DNA from: Thecamonas trahens ATCC 50062
Taxonomy: Eukaryota; Protista; Apusomonadida
Direction: 5' to 3'
NCBI RefSeq assembly: GCF_000142905.1
Contig: NW_013657634.1
Location: 124,001 to 188,000, forward strand
DNA: 64,000 nucleotides
Each line of letters opens with the position of its first letter. Position 1 is the stretch's first letter. The notes beneath the pieces were generated by a model. It ran no database searches, was not told the origin of the DNA, and saw nothing but the letters and a program-made list of their open reading frames with translations. Position numbers and translations under genes: made by a program. Below, piece after piece: positions 44,701 through 55,489 of the stretch.

Positions 44701-45360
44701 GCCTTCGTCTCGGCCATTGCCCCGCCCTCCAGCCGCGATAATGCGTCTGTTGAACTCGAGCACATCTCGCCCAAGGCGTGCCCTCCGGCCACCAAGCCCA
44801 AGAATGTAGCAAAGGCGACCAGCCCGTCGTCGCAGCGCCGCGCGCTCTATCCGCTCGAGCCGCGTGAAGCCGACGAGCTCAAGTTCGCTGCCGGCGATAT
44901 CATCAACGTCATCGAAGAGTATGACGACGGCTGGGCGCTTGGTGTGATGGGTGGTCGCGAAGGCGTCTTCCCTATCTCCCACACCGCACTCGTCGCCGCC
45001 GATCCCACCGACACCACCCTGGCATGCTTCGAGTACACGCCGCGGCAGAGCGACGAGCTCGCCATGAAGCCAGGCGACGCCATTGCCGTCCTCGAAGAGT
45101 TTGAAGACGGATGGGCCCGCGGCCGCAACACCCGCTCTGGTGCCGAGGGCGTCTTCCCGGTCTCGTACATCCGCCGCCGTAACGGCTCGTCCGCAAGCAG
45201 CCTCCCGCCCAAGCCGCAGCCGCTCCCAAGCTCGGCGCCCGCGCCCTCGGTCGCGCCGGCAGCCATTCCGCCCAAGCCGCGGCCGCTGTCGAACGCCCCG
45301 CCGCCGCCAACCTCACCACTCGCCCTTCCACCCAAGCCCAAGCCGCTCGCCCATCGATGA
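41745..45360 (+). CDS. Type I membrane protein: signal peptide, M15 Zn-peptidase, 2x PG_binding_1, SH3b, PTPA stalk, EGF, beta domain, TM, 2x SH3 and Pro-rich tail; exons 41745-41864 and 42076-45360
   Basis: Signal [24 protein letters not shown]; phase-0 intron GTACCG...CCGCAG; [10 protein letters not shown]...EDAMHFE; [17 protein letters not shown]...DGI....TW; [14 protein letters not shown]; [18 protein letters not shown]; [21 protein letters not shown]...DDGW...GVFP twice. Confidence 0.9.
43381..43980 (+). repeat. Coding 12-bp tandem repeat (PTPA)n, about 50 units, mucin-like stalk
   Basis: CCYACTCCTGCG units. Confidence 0.95.
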
Positions 45361-45616
45361 TTGCCTGGCAAGAGACCGTGCGCCAGGCATGGCATCCCAC
45401 AAGCTGACGACCCGGCCCATAGCTCCGTGCCCACCACTGGCACTCGGGGGGGCCGATCGCGCACGCACGCCGACTCGGCGAAATGAATGGAACATTTCTC
45501 GGCCGTGGGCAGAAAAAGGTCGTGCTTCTCCGCCGCCACGGCAGCATGACGCTTCCCGGTCACAGGCTACCGCCCTCGAGCCAGCCATGCTCACACCGAA
45601 CGCCAGCGTGTGTCAG

Positions 45617-48199
45617 ATGGAGACTGTAAGCGCCCACGTGGGCGCGCTCGTCGAGGAGGACGAGGACGTCCTCGAGTACATCCTCTCCATGGCCCTCTCC
45701 GACCGCCACGCCGCCGCCGAACCCATCACTGACCTGCTCCTGGCCTCGGCCGACGACGGCGACCAGGACGACGTCCCGGCCCGAGTCGCCGCCATGCTCA
45801 CCGACCTCGCCCGTGCCGAGGGCTGGTCCGACACCGATGCCAACGCCGACGCCGACGCCGCTGCTGCTGCCCCGCTCCCGCCCACCACCGAGGTTCTCGC
45901 CACAGCCGTCGTCCTCGGCAAGATCAACAGCAGGAACGACGCCGACGACTCTGACCACGGCCGCAACCGCGACGAGGGCAGTGAGCGTAGTGATGACGGA
46001 AGCAACCACGACGACGACGACGACGACAATGACGATGACGGTGGGAGTGGTGGTGGCGGCAGATCGGGATTAGATGGCCGCGGCAGCAGCCGCAAGGGCC
46101 GACAGTCGGCCGGACGAGCCGGCAAGCGCCGGACCAAGCTCAGCAAGCGCCAGAAGCGGCTGATGAAGAAGCGGGCGCAGCGGAGTGCTGCCATGCAGCA
46201 GAGCGATGCCGCCATGGAGCCCGGAGCGCGGGCTGATGACGGCTCGCTGCTGGACACCTTTGACGAGACCATCGAGAACCGCGAGGCCGTGGCGCAGGTC
46301 TCACGTTTCCACTGGGAAACACACCGGTGCGAAGAGATCGAGGTCGAGTTGCGCGACGTCAATATCCGGGCCGGCGATCGCGACCTGCTCGTCAACGCGC
46401 CGTTGCGGCTTACTCCGGGGCGAAAGTATGGGCTCGTCGGGCGCAACGGCGTCGGCAAGTCGACGCTGCTGCGGCACATTGCCAACGGAACTCTAATCGG
46501 CTTTCCGGTCAACGTCCGCGCGCTGTATGTCGAGCAGGAAATTGTGGGCTCGGCGGATGAGACGCCGCTGGAGAGCGTGCTCGCGGCCGACACGGCGCGG
46601 CTGGCGCTTCTCGCCGAGGAGGTGCGGCTGGAGGCGGCCGTCGCCGATCCCGAGGTGCGGAGCCACGTGGTGGCGCTCGCCGTCCTCGCCGACCGGGCCA
46701 AGGCTGTCGAGCGCGAGGCGCGCCTGGTGGCATCGAAGCGGTCGGGCGCACGCGGCAAGGTGGCGCGGCGCCGGCTGCTCGACGCCGAGGCTGCGTACGC
46801 AGCTGCGTACGAGCTCGCAGTCGCTGCTGCTGCCGCCCCGGAGTCGGTGCCGGCCGACGACGTGCTCGCCGAGGAGCTTCTTGGCCAGGTCGTCGAGCGG
46901 CTGATCGAGATCGAGGCTGACACCGCGGAAGGACGTGCAACTAAGATCCTGCGCGGGCTCAACTTTAGCGACACCGCTATGAACGCGCCAACCGCCGAAC
47001 TGTCCGGCGGGTGGCGGATGCGGGTGGCGCTCGCGCGCGCACTGTTCATGAAGCCCGACTTGCTCATGCTCGACGAGCCGACCAACCATCTCGACCTGCG
47101 GGCCATTCTCTGGCTTCAGGCTTTCCTCTCGAGGTACGAGGGCATGCTAGTGGTCGTATCGCACGACCAGGCTTTCCTCGACGCGGTCGCCACCGACATT
47201 ATTGTCTTTCGCAAGCTCACACTCACCTACTATCCGGGCAACTTTTCGGCGTACGTGGCGATCAAGGCTGACCTCGACGCCAAGGCTGCAACGCTGGCGG
47301 CCAACGACGCCAAGAAGCGAGCGGCCATTGCCAAGTCGATCGAGTACAACAAGACCCAGGCGCGCAAGAAGGGTGATGACAAGCGGCTGAAACAGGTCAC
47401 CTCGCGGCAGCGCAAGCTCGACCGCATGGGCCTCGAGAAGCTCGAGTCCGGCAAGCGGTACAAAAAGTCGTACCACGGCTTCCGCGAGAAGGCCACTGTC
47501 GACACGCCCGATCCGCCGATCAGCTTCATTTTCCCGTCGCCTTCGGCCGTCTCGACGCTCGGCGATCTCATCCAGGTCGACGACGTGACTGTCGGCTACG
47601 ACCGCGACGTCGGCCCAGTTGTCCGCAAGGCGTCACTCGCTGTCGAGCGCGGCTCGCGCATCGTCCTCCTCGGAGCCAACGGCTCGGGCAAGTCGACGCT
47701 CATCAAGGTCATTGTTGGCGAGCTTTCACCGTGGTCTGGCACCGTCAATGTCGCTCGCGGCGTCAAGATCGGCCACTACGCCCAGCACCACGCCGACGCG
47801 CTCGCGCTCGACCTAACCGCTGTTGAGTGGCTCCATACCCAGTTCCCGGGCGGCTCGATCCAGGACTACCGCAACTTTCTGGGCCGGTTCAACCTGACTG
47901 GCAACAAGGCGTTGCAGCCGATGGAGACGCTGTCGGGTGGTGAGAAGGCGCGGGTGGTCTTCGCCACCATGATGTACGAGTGTCCGCACGTGCTGGTCAT
48001 TGACGAGCCGTCAAACCATCTCGACCACGATACGCTGGAGGCGCTCATCGAGGCGCTCGAAGGCTACGAGGGTGCCGTCGTCCTCGTCTCGCACGACCAG
48101 CACCTGCTCTCGCGATTCGGTGGTGTCGTTTACACCGTTCGCGATGGGGCTGTGGAGCTGTTTGACGGGGGCGTCGCTGAGTACATCGAAACGCTGTAG
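45617..48199 (+). CDS. ABCF-family ATPase (two NBDs, no TM; GCN20/ABCF3-like)
   Basis: GRNGVGKST...LSGGWRMRVALARALF..PDLLMLDEPTNHLD...VVSHD; second NBD GANGSGKST...LSGGEKAR...DEPSNHLD. Confidence 0.92.
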   Translation: METVSAHVGALVEEDEDVLEYILSMALSDRHAAAEPITDLLLASADDGDQDDVPARVAAMLTDLARAEGWSDTDANADADAAAAAPLPPTTEVLATAVVLGKINSRNDADDSDHGRNRDEGSERSDDGSNHDDDDDDNDDDGGSGGGGRSGLDGRGSSRKGRQSAGRAGKRRTKLSKRQKRLMKKRAQRSAAMQQSDAAMEPGARADDGSLLDTFDETIENREAVAQVSRFHWETHRCEEIEVELRDVNIRAGDRDLLVNAPLRLTPGRKYGLVGRNGVGKSTLLRHIANGTLIGFPVNVRALYVEQEIVGSADETPLESVLAADTARLALLAEEVRLEAAVADPEVRSHVVALAVLADRAKAVEREARLVASKRSGARGKVARRRLLDAEAAYAAAYELAVAAAAAPESVPADDVLAEELLGQVVERLIEIEADTAEGRATKILRGLNFSDTAMNAPTAELSGGWRMRVALARALFMKPDLLMLDEPTNHLDLRAILWLQAFLSRYEGMLVVVSHDQAFLDAVATDIIVFRKLTLTYYPGNFSAYVAIKADLDAKAATLAANDAKKRAAIAKSIEYNKTQARKKGDDKRLKQVTSRQRKLDRMGLEKLESGKRYKKSYHGFREKATVDTPDPPISFIFPSPSAVSTLGDLIQVDDVTVGYDRDVGPVVRKASLAVERGSRIVLLGANGSGKSTLIKVIVGELSPWSGTVNVARGVKIGHYAQHHADALALDLTAVEWLHTQFPGGSIQDYRNFLGRFNLTGNKALQPMETLSGGEKARVVFATMMYECPHVLVIDEPSNHLDHDTLEALIEALEGYEGAVVLVSHDQHLLSRFGGVVYTVRDGAVELFDGGVAEYIETL

Positions 48200-48213
48200 C
48201 CGGCGTACAGCCG

Positions 48214-51200
48214 TCACCGCAGTGCGCCGAGAGGAACAAACGGATCGTCGCCAGCGCTATCGTCGTCAAAGTCGTAGTATGAGTCGTATGACCGCTCGTC
48301 GCCAGAGCCGGTCAGATACGAGTCGTCGGCATCGGGGCTCAGGGTCAGTGGCCTGGCCGGCTCGCGCGGTCCGGTCGGCGTTGCCAGTGCCTCGGCCTGT
48401 GCCGCCGCCGCCGCCAGCGCCTGCTCGCGCTCGGCCGCGGCAATTGCCGCAGCTGCTGCTAGCTCGCGCTCGGTCTCCTCGGCAAGCTGGTTGCGCGCGC
48501 GACGACGCTCCTCCACGAGCCGCAGGATCGGGTCGTCTGAGTCGTCCGACGCTGCGCCGTCGTCGTCGCTAGCCCGGGTGACGTGGCGAGGCGAGGGCGA
48601 GCGGGATGAAGTGCTGCTGCCTGGGTGACGCACGCGAATGGAAGACGATGGCTCGACCGGCGAAGAGCGCGCGTGAAGCAAGCGCTGGATGACGTCATCG
48701 GCGCGACGTCGGTGTCGGCGTTGATGCTCTCGTCGGCTGCCACAGCGGGAGGCTTGCTTTGGACGGGTTCGGCGGCTGGAGGTGGTGCGCGGACGGCGGC
48801 GACTTGTGGTGCTCTCCGCAAGATGACAAGCAGGTCGTGGACGCGAGCAGTGTCTGCATCCGCGCTGCGGGCAGTGGCGATGAGGCGCGACTTGGCCGTG
48901 GCGGTCATACCGGATGCTGCGTGAGGCAAAAGGACAAGCATGCAAGAGACAGAGGCGGCAGCGGCAGCAGCCTCGACGGCGGCCGGCCGAACCGGCCAGC
49001 CGGCGCCGATCAGTAGCACGAGCGGTTCGGCCGAGTCGGAGCGAGCAGCGACGACGACCGGGTCGGGATCGTCGATGTCGACGGTGTCTGGGGAGACATG
49101 CGGCAGCAGCAACGCCAACGCGTCAGGATGGTCCGCGGCAGCGGCGCAGAGGTCGTTGACACTCGGCGTTGCGCCGGCAGCCAGCAGGGCGGCCAGCAGC
49201 GGCACCGAGTCCCACCGGATGGCCTCGGACATTGGGGTTCGCGTCCGCGAGCGCGGATCCAGCGGCTCGTGAAGCGCAACAGCACCTGTAGCGATCAGAC
49301 AGGCGGCCGCGCCAAGAAGCGCGGTGCGGAGGCGCGGGAGGCGGGTGCAGAGGGCGAGCACACGCGCCAGTGGGCGGACACCAGTGGCATCGTCGGCGTC
49401 GAGCAGCTCGCGGGCGGCAGCAGAGCCGCGGGCAAGAATACCGATGAGCGCAATGAGCTGGTCCACCGCAGGTTCGCCGGCTCGCGGGAGAATGCGCAGC
49501 GCGTAGTCGACGACGGTGTGACCGGCGGCATCGCGGGTGCAAAAGACCGAGTCTTCGACGGCGGCGGCGACAGCAGCGACGATGGCGCGGTCGCCAAACT
49601 GAACGGTGAGGTGGGCCAGCGGTGGTTCCGACTCGGCGGCGGCAAGGCCGAGCGGCTCGCTCAGCAGCCACGTTACGAGGTGCGGGCAGCGCGAGGCGAG
49701 CGCAAAGTGCAGGAGCGGGCGGGTGCCAGGGAGCGGAGGCGCGGCAAGGTAGGCCGCAGCGCGAGTGGCATCCATGGCGCCGACAAGCGCATCGACAAGG
49801 AGGATGGTGACGGCGAGGTTGCCCTGGGAGGCAGCGAGGATGAGGGCGGTGGTCTGCGGCGGAGCCGGGCCTGGTGAGCGGGTGCCGAGCAACGGATCGG
49901 TGGCTGCAAAGACGTTGACAAGGCCCGGGTTGCCGGCCGCGACTGCAGCAAGACCGCCCACGGCTGCGTCGCCGCCGGCACCGAGCAGCAGGGCAATGAC
50001 CCGGGGCGGAGGATCGGCCTCAACCGCCAGCTCCAGCAGCGACTTGCCGTCACGCAGCGGCGCGTTGACCTCGTCTGCCTGCAGCTCGGCGACAGCGCCG
50101 CGAAGTGCGGCCGCTGCAGTGTGGTCGGTTCGGAACGCGTCGTCCTCTAGCATGGCGAGCACGGCAGCCGGTCGCGACGGTTTTGGAGGTACTGAGCTTG
50201 GACTTGGGCTTGGGCTTGGGCTTGGGCTTGGGCTTGGGCTTGAGCTGGGGCTAGGGCTGAGATTCGGGCTTGGTTGGCGCGGTGACGACGTGGAGGAGCG
50301 GCGGGCCGGCAGCAGGGCCGGTGATGCGGTTGGGGCGAGTGCAGAGACGTTGACGTCTGGCACGTCCGACAGGAGGATGGCGTCGGCAATGTCTGGCTGC
50401 TGCTGTTTCCGGTGTCTTCTGCGGTCGGCCAAAGCAGGTGATGACGGGAGCGTGGGGGAGGCCGGTGCGAGTGTGGGTGCTGGTGTGGTCTGAGCCTTGG
50501 TAAAGGGAACAGCCCCGTTGCTCCCAGCAGTGGAATCATCGTCAAGGCCATCTTCCAGCAGTGGCGGTGCCGCAGCCGATGCCGGGGCGGAGGCGGGGGG
50601 CGGGGTCAGGGAGGGGGGCGAGGCGGGGGATGAGGCCTGATCGGGTGCCGGCGCAGATGCCGACACAGACGCCGACACAGACGCCGACACAGACGCCGAT
50701 GACGCCGACGACGATGACGACGACGACGACGATGCAACCGACCCGGCAGCGGCTCTGTGGCGCCTAGTCCGCTTGCCCCTGCCCTTGCCTCTTGCCCTGC
50801 CCTTGCGCTTGCGCTTGCCGCGGCCGCGGCCCCCTGCCCTGCTTCGGGCCGTGCCCTTGCGCCGGCTGCGGCTCGATGCGGAGGCGAGGGTGCTGCGGCG
50901 GCGGGACGAGTCGCTCCGCAGGCGGGAGCGGGTCGGGGCGGCGTCAGGCGGGGCATCGCCGCCGAGCAGCGGGCCGACGACAGCAACAAGCGCCTTGGCG
51001 GCGTCGAGGTCGGCGCAGCCGAGGGCAAGCGGGCGGGCGAGGTGAGCGTCTCCAGGAACCAGCTCGACGACCGCGCCAGGGCTCGACTCGGCCACTGCCG
51101 CAGGATCTGGGAGGCGAACCGCAGCATAGGCGTAGACCCACAGGCCATGGCTCCGCAGCCCGCCGTCGGTCCGCTGCTCGACGAGGGCACGCCCGCTGAC

Positions 51201-51347
51201 GTCCACCGCCACCGCACGCAGCGCCCACCGCCCGCCGCGCTCACGGAGGACAGGCGGTAGGTCGTGGGCTCCGGGCGGCCACGCCGGTGTAGCAGCGACG
51301 TCGGCAGTAGTGTCGGTGGTGGCCGGCGGCGTCAGAGTCGACGACAT
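48214..51347 (-). CDS. Ankyrin-repeat protein with low-complexity regions; frameshift near 48703
   Basis: GKSLLELAV, TTALILAASQGN, PLLHFA, GHTVVDYA and TPMSEAIRWD ankyrin-like motifs. The coding-like continuation ADDVIQRLL...EERRRARNQL lies in the adjacent frame. Confidence 0.7.
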
Positions 51348-51473
51348 GCGTCGCGGGGGAGAAGTGCGAGATGAAAGGACGAGGACAGGCACAAGGAGGG
51401 GGGGCTGCCTCCCCCCGGGGGGAAACGTGTGTGTGGTTGACAAGGAAAGACAAGCAAAAGCTGGCGGGACAGG

Positions 51474-52469
51474 CTACGAGCCGCGGCGGGCGTCGATGTG
51501 CATGATGGTGACCCGAGGCGGGGTGGGATCCGGCTGGTTGCCGGAGGCTCCCGGTCGACCCGGAGGCGGGAGGAGCGGAAATGAGAGCCGGCAGATGATG
51601 GCGGCGACGACAGATCCCGGGGCCAGGTCGGCAAGCGCGGCCTCGATGTCGTGAGCGAGGTACATGGCGGCGACCGGGGTAGTCGCGCTTGGTGTGCCAT
51701 GCTCGATGAGGCCGAGATGGACGAGGGCCGCGCCCTGGTCTGCCGCCGAGTGAGTCCGCAGAGAGGCGATGGCCACGTTCTCGACGCGAAAGTAGTCTGC
51801 GGTGGCCTTGCGCCATGCTGCGCCGCGGAGCGTCTTCAGCGCCACCGTCCGCAGCCGAATGTCGGTCGATGCCTGCGGGCCGGCGGCGCGCACCTTCTTG
51901 ACTGGCTTGACGATGCCGAGCGTCCCGGTTGCCGACAGCGTGCTCTGCGCCAGCCGCGGGCCGTACACCCGGCCAGCCGGTCCAGCCCGACGGCCCTCGG
52001 TGAACGCCAGCTCCGGCATTGCCGCGCCGCCGCGCCGCCGCGCCTGTCCGCGATGACGGCTGCCCTGCCCACCGCGCCCGCCGCGCCTGCCCGCATGCCG
52101 CTTCTCATCGCCAGTCGATGGCGGGGGTGGCGACGAGCCAAACAGCACCCGCGGGCGCTTGGTTGGACGAGGATTACTCACATCGTTGTGCGCAGCCGCG
52201 ACCAGGCCGGGCTGGAAGGCATCGGGAAGCTCAGGCGCACGGCGTGGACTGGCGGCAAAGTACCTTCCCAAGCCGGTGCGACGGTCGTCATGATCGCCGC
52301 CGCGATCAGGTGCGCGATCTTGCCGTTTTCCGGAAAAGGTCGCAGACGACACGGCTTCTGCTCCTGCTCCACGAAGCGGGGAAGAGGGGCTTGCCAGAGA
52401 GGGGACGCCCCAGCCGTGGTTTACAGCAGATGAACGTGGATTGTTGACGGTGTACCGCGGGCGAGACAT
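51474..52469 (-). CDS. Hypothetical protein
   Basis: About 330-codon ORF with a disordered N-half and possible globular C-half. Confidence 0.5.
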   Translation of the reverse strand: MSRPRYTVNNPRSSAVNHGWGVPSLASPSSPLRGAGAEAVSSATFSGKRQDRAPDRGGDHDDRRTGLGRYFAASPRRAPELPDAFQPGLVAAAHNDVSNPRPTKRPRVLFGSSPPPPSTGDEKRHAGRRGGRGGQGSRHRGQARRRGGAAMPELAFTEGRRAGPAGRVYGPRLAQSTLSATGTLGIVKPVKKVRAAGPQASTDIRLRTVALKTLRGAAWRKATADYFRVENVAIASLRTHSAADQGAALVHLGLIEHGTPSATTPVAAMYLAHDIEAALADLAPGSVVAAIICRLSFPLLPPPGRPGASGNQPDPTPPRVTIMHIDARRGS

Positions 52470-52902
52470 CGAGTGGCAGAGGGAGGGAGAGAGGACGGTC
52501 TGGGAAACGCGATTGATCGCAAATTCTGACGAGTGGAGTGTCTGCAAGTACATCGCGGATCTGACTCCCCCAAGCCTAAGCGCTTCATGCGTATGAAAAG
52601 GCTCACGAGCAAGTTTGCGCCTTGTCGAGCCCGGAAAGACCCGTCCTAAGCCGCCGATGCCGTCCTACGGTCGGCGGCTTCGTTCGATGTTCGGCTGGTT
52701 GTGGACCCTCTAGTCTACATCATTAAACTGATTCCCACACACGCGCGGATCTGACTTGTGGCTTGTTTGATGAGGTATGTGGCCGCGGACACGGCCGTGG
52801 ACAGACGCGGAGCAGTCAAAGACGACCACTGCGAGGATATTGGCTTGATGGCGGACCGAGTGCATGAGGAGATAGTGGGCATCTGCGGCGCAGGCAACGT
52901 GA

Positions 52903-52977
52903 CAGCGATCGGTGGAGCAGGCAAAGGCGCAGCGATCGGTGGGGCAGGCAAAGGCGCAGCGATCGGTGGGGCAGGCG
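52903..52977. repeat. 27-bp tandem repeat (CAGCGATCGGTGGRGCAGGCAAAGGCG, about 3 copies)
   Basis: Read directly, in the divergent region upstream of Sua5. Confidence 0.85.
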
Positions 52978-53401
52978 GGATGCGCGGAGCGCGACAAGCA
53001 GTGGAGGGTATTGGTGCGAAGAGAGGTCGTAGTCGCCGTCATCATCAACGTTAAAGATACCGATGGTCGCCAATTGCAGCTATGCCCACGTGTCGCGCCA
53101 CTATTTTTTTGCGGAGAATCCAATTTTTCTTCTCCCTCCCCATGGATGACATCATCGTCGGCCTCCCAATGAACCATGGCTGTGGCTGTGGGCGACTGGC
53201 CGGCGACCATCCTTCATCCTTCGTCGGGCTTCCACGACGATGACCAGGTCGGGGGCCACGTCTACAGCCGGGCAGAGACAGACACGTTTGAATGCACCTC
53301 TCTCTACCGTCTACCTTCCCACCCCCACCCCTCCACAGCCCGCACCGCAGAGCCGGTGCATGCTCAGAGTAGGAGGCCATCTTCTGCAAGGAACCCTAGC
53401 C

Positions 53402-53411
53402 ATGTCTGCCC

Positions 53412-53445
<34 letters not shown>

Positions 53446-54598
53446 TTCCCCTACATCTTCTCCCACCGGTGCCTCTCCCACTCCGCTCGCTACGGCCACT
53501 GTGGTCGTCGACCCGGACGCAGCGCTAGCGAGCCTGGAGGCGAGCCTGGCCGAGCCGGCGGCTGTGCTGGCGGGTGGCGGCGTGGTCGGCTTCCCCACCG
53601 AGACGGTGTACGGGCTCGGGGCGAACGCGCTGAGCGCCGATGCTGTGGCCGGCATCTTTGCTGCCAAGCGTCGGCCGGCAGACAACCCGCTGATTGTGCA
53701 TGTGTCCGGGCGCGAGATGCTGGCGCCACTGGTGGATCTGGACGGCGTGGGAGCGAGCCAGCGGGCGGTGATCGACGGCCTGATGACGGCGTTCTGGCCT
53801 GGCCCGCTCACACTGCTACTGCCCAAGTCCGCGGCGGTGCCGGACGAGGTGACTGCTGGCCATCCGACAGTTGGCGTGCGGATGCCGTCGCACTCTGTGG
53901 CGCGCGCGCTGATTGCCGCCGCGGGTGTGCCTCTTGCTGCGCCGTCGGCCAACCTCTCGGGACGCCCATCGCCGACGACCGCCGGCCACGTGCTGACCGA
54001 CCTTGGCGGTCGTATCCCATGGGTTGTCGACGGCGGCTCGTGCGATTTTGGCCTTGAGTCGACTGTGGTCGATCCGCTCCGCGAGCCGCCGATGGTCCTG
54101 CGGCCTGGCGCGGTGACGCTCGAGCAGCTGCGGAGTGTGGCGCCAGACATGGTCGTCCATTCGGGCGAGGTTGAGGAGGCGCCGGCGACGCCGGGCCTCA
54201 AGTACACCCACTACTCGCCATCGGCGCCGGTGGTGGTCTTTGACGGCGGCTCGCCGGAGGCGATGTCGCGCTCGCTCGCGTCGTGGTGTGCCGAGACCAG
54301 CGCGGCGGCCGAGGCCGGCGCGCCCACTCCGCGCATCGGACTCGTTGCCACCCGCCCGGACGTTGTTGTCCCGCCAACCACCGCACGGGTCATACAGCTC
54401 TTTGACACCGATGACCGCGCCGGCGCTGCTGCCGCCCACGGCCTCTTTGCTGCCCTCCGTGAGCTCGACGAGGACGGCTGTACCCACATCATCATCGAGG
54501 GCGTCTCGCGCGCCCACTTTGGTCTCGCAGTCATGAACCGGGCGCTCAAGGCCGCATCGCGGACCGTTGTCTGCCACGAGGCTGGAGCCTCGAGCTGA
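53402..54598 (+). CDS. SUA5: Threonylcarbamoyl-AMP synthase Sua5 (YrdC plus Sua5 C-terminal domain)
   Basis: FPTETVYGLGA, KRRPADNPLIVH, FWPGPLT, APSANLSGRPSPT, GLESTVVD, PGLKYTHY and AVMNRALKAA. Confidence 0.95.
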
Positions 54599-54778
54599 TC
54601 CGGGCCGCATCCGACCGCAATGAACGCCAGCCAATTGGAGCCAGTTGTTGCGTGCCTCGAGCCTGCGCACCAGCGTTGCGCCGTAATGCTTGTCTTTCGA
54701 CGCGTCGTCTCGCCACTCCCCACCGTTTCCACCACCCGCACTCCCCACACCCTGCTCCCACCCCTCTCCCGTACCTCC

Positions 54779-55489
54779 ATGTCGTCCACCGCACCCGGCA
54801 TCGCCACCATGGACGTGGCCAAGACCGAGACCGACTCGGCGGCGGTCTTCTACCCGTCGGCCACCCGCAACGCACCGGTCATCCTCGACAAGTTGCAGGA
54901 GATCCTGGCGACGCCGCCGGAGAGTGCGGCTCTGCCCGAGGCCCTCGAGGTGGTGGAGATTGCCTCCGGCTCGGGCCAGCATGCCGCGGCGTTTGCGACC
55001 GGCCTCGGCGACCGCATCGCTGCCTGGCACCCGTCCGACGTGACCGATGAGCTCGCGGCGTCGGTGGCTGCGCACGCAGCCGCCGCCAACGTGTCCGACA
55101 AAGTCCGTCCGCTGGTTGTGGCGGACATGACTAACGCACGATGGATCGAGGCCTTTGGCTCCTCGCCGCACCTTGTGTACAACGCCAACATGATCCACAT
55201 CGCTCCGCTCGCCGCAGTCGACGGCCTCTTTGCCGGTGCAGGCCGCCTCCTTGCCGATGGCGGCATGCTCATCACCTACGGCCCGTACAACGTTAATGGC
55301 GCCTTTACTGCGCCTTCCAACGAGGCCTTTGACGCCTCGCTGCGGGCCCGCAACCCCGAGTGGGGCATCCGCGATGTCGCCGACCTTGCTTCCCGCGCAT
55401 CGGCCGCGGGCATGGTCCTTGCCTCCTCCCACCCGATGCCGGCCAACAACTTTGTCCTTGTTTTTGTCAAGCCCAGCGGGGGAGCATGA
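54779..55489 (+). CDS. METTL26: DUF938/METTL26 SAM-dependent methyltransferase
   Basis: ATRNAPVIL, EIASGSGQH, WHPSD, ANMIHI, YGPY...SNEAFDASLR.RNPEWGIRD and MPANN. Confidence 0.9.
   Translation: MSSTAPGIATMDVAKTETDSAAVFYPSATRNAPVILDKLQEILATPPESAALPEALEVVEIASGSGQHAAAFATGLGDRIAAWHPSDVTDELAASVAAHAAAANVSDKVRPLVVADMTNARWIEAFGSSPHLVYNANMIHIAPLAAVDGLFAGAGRLLADGGMLITYGPYNVNGAFTAPSNEAFDASLRARNPEWGIRDVADLASRASAAGMVLASSHPMPANNFVLVFVKPSGGA

Noticed and set aside
52710-53210. Short ORFs over the 27-bp repeat
   Set aside because: No recognisable domain and atypical codon usage; treated as intergenic
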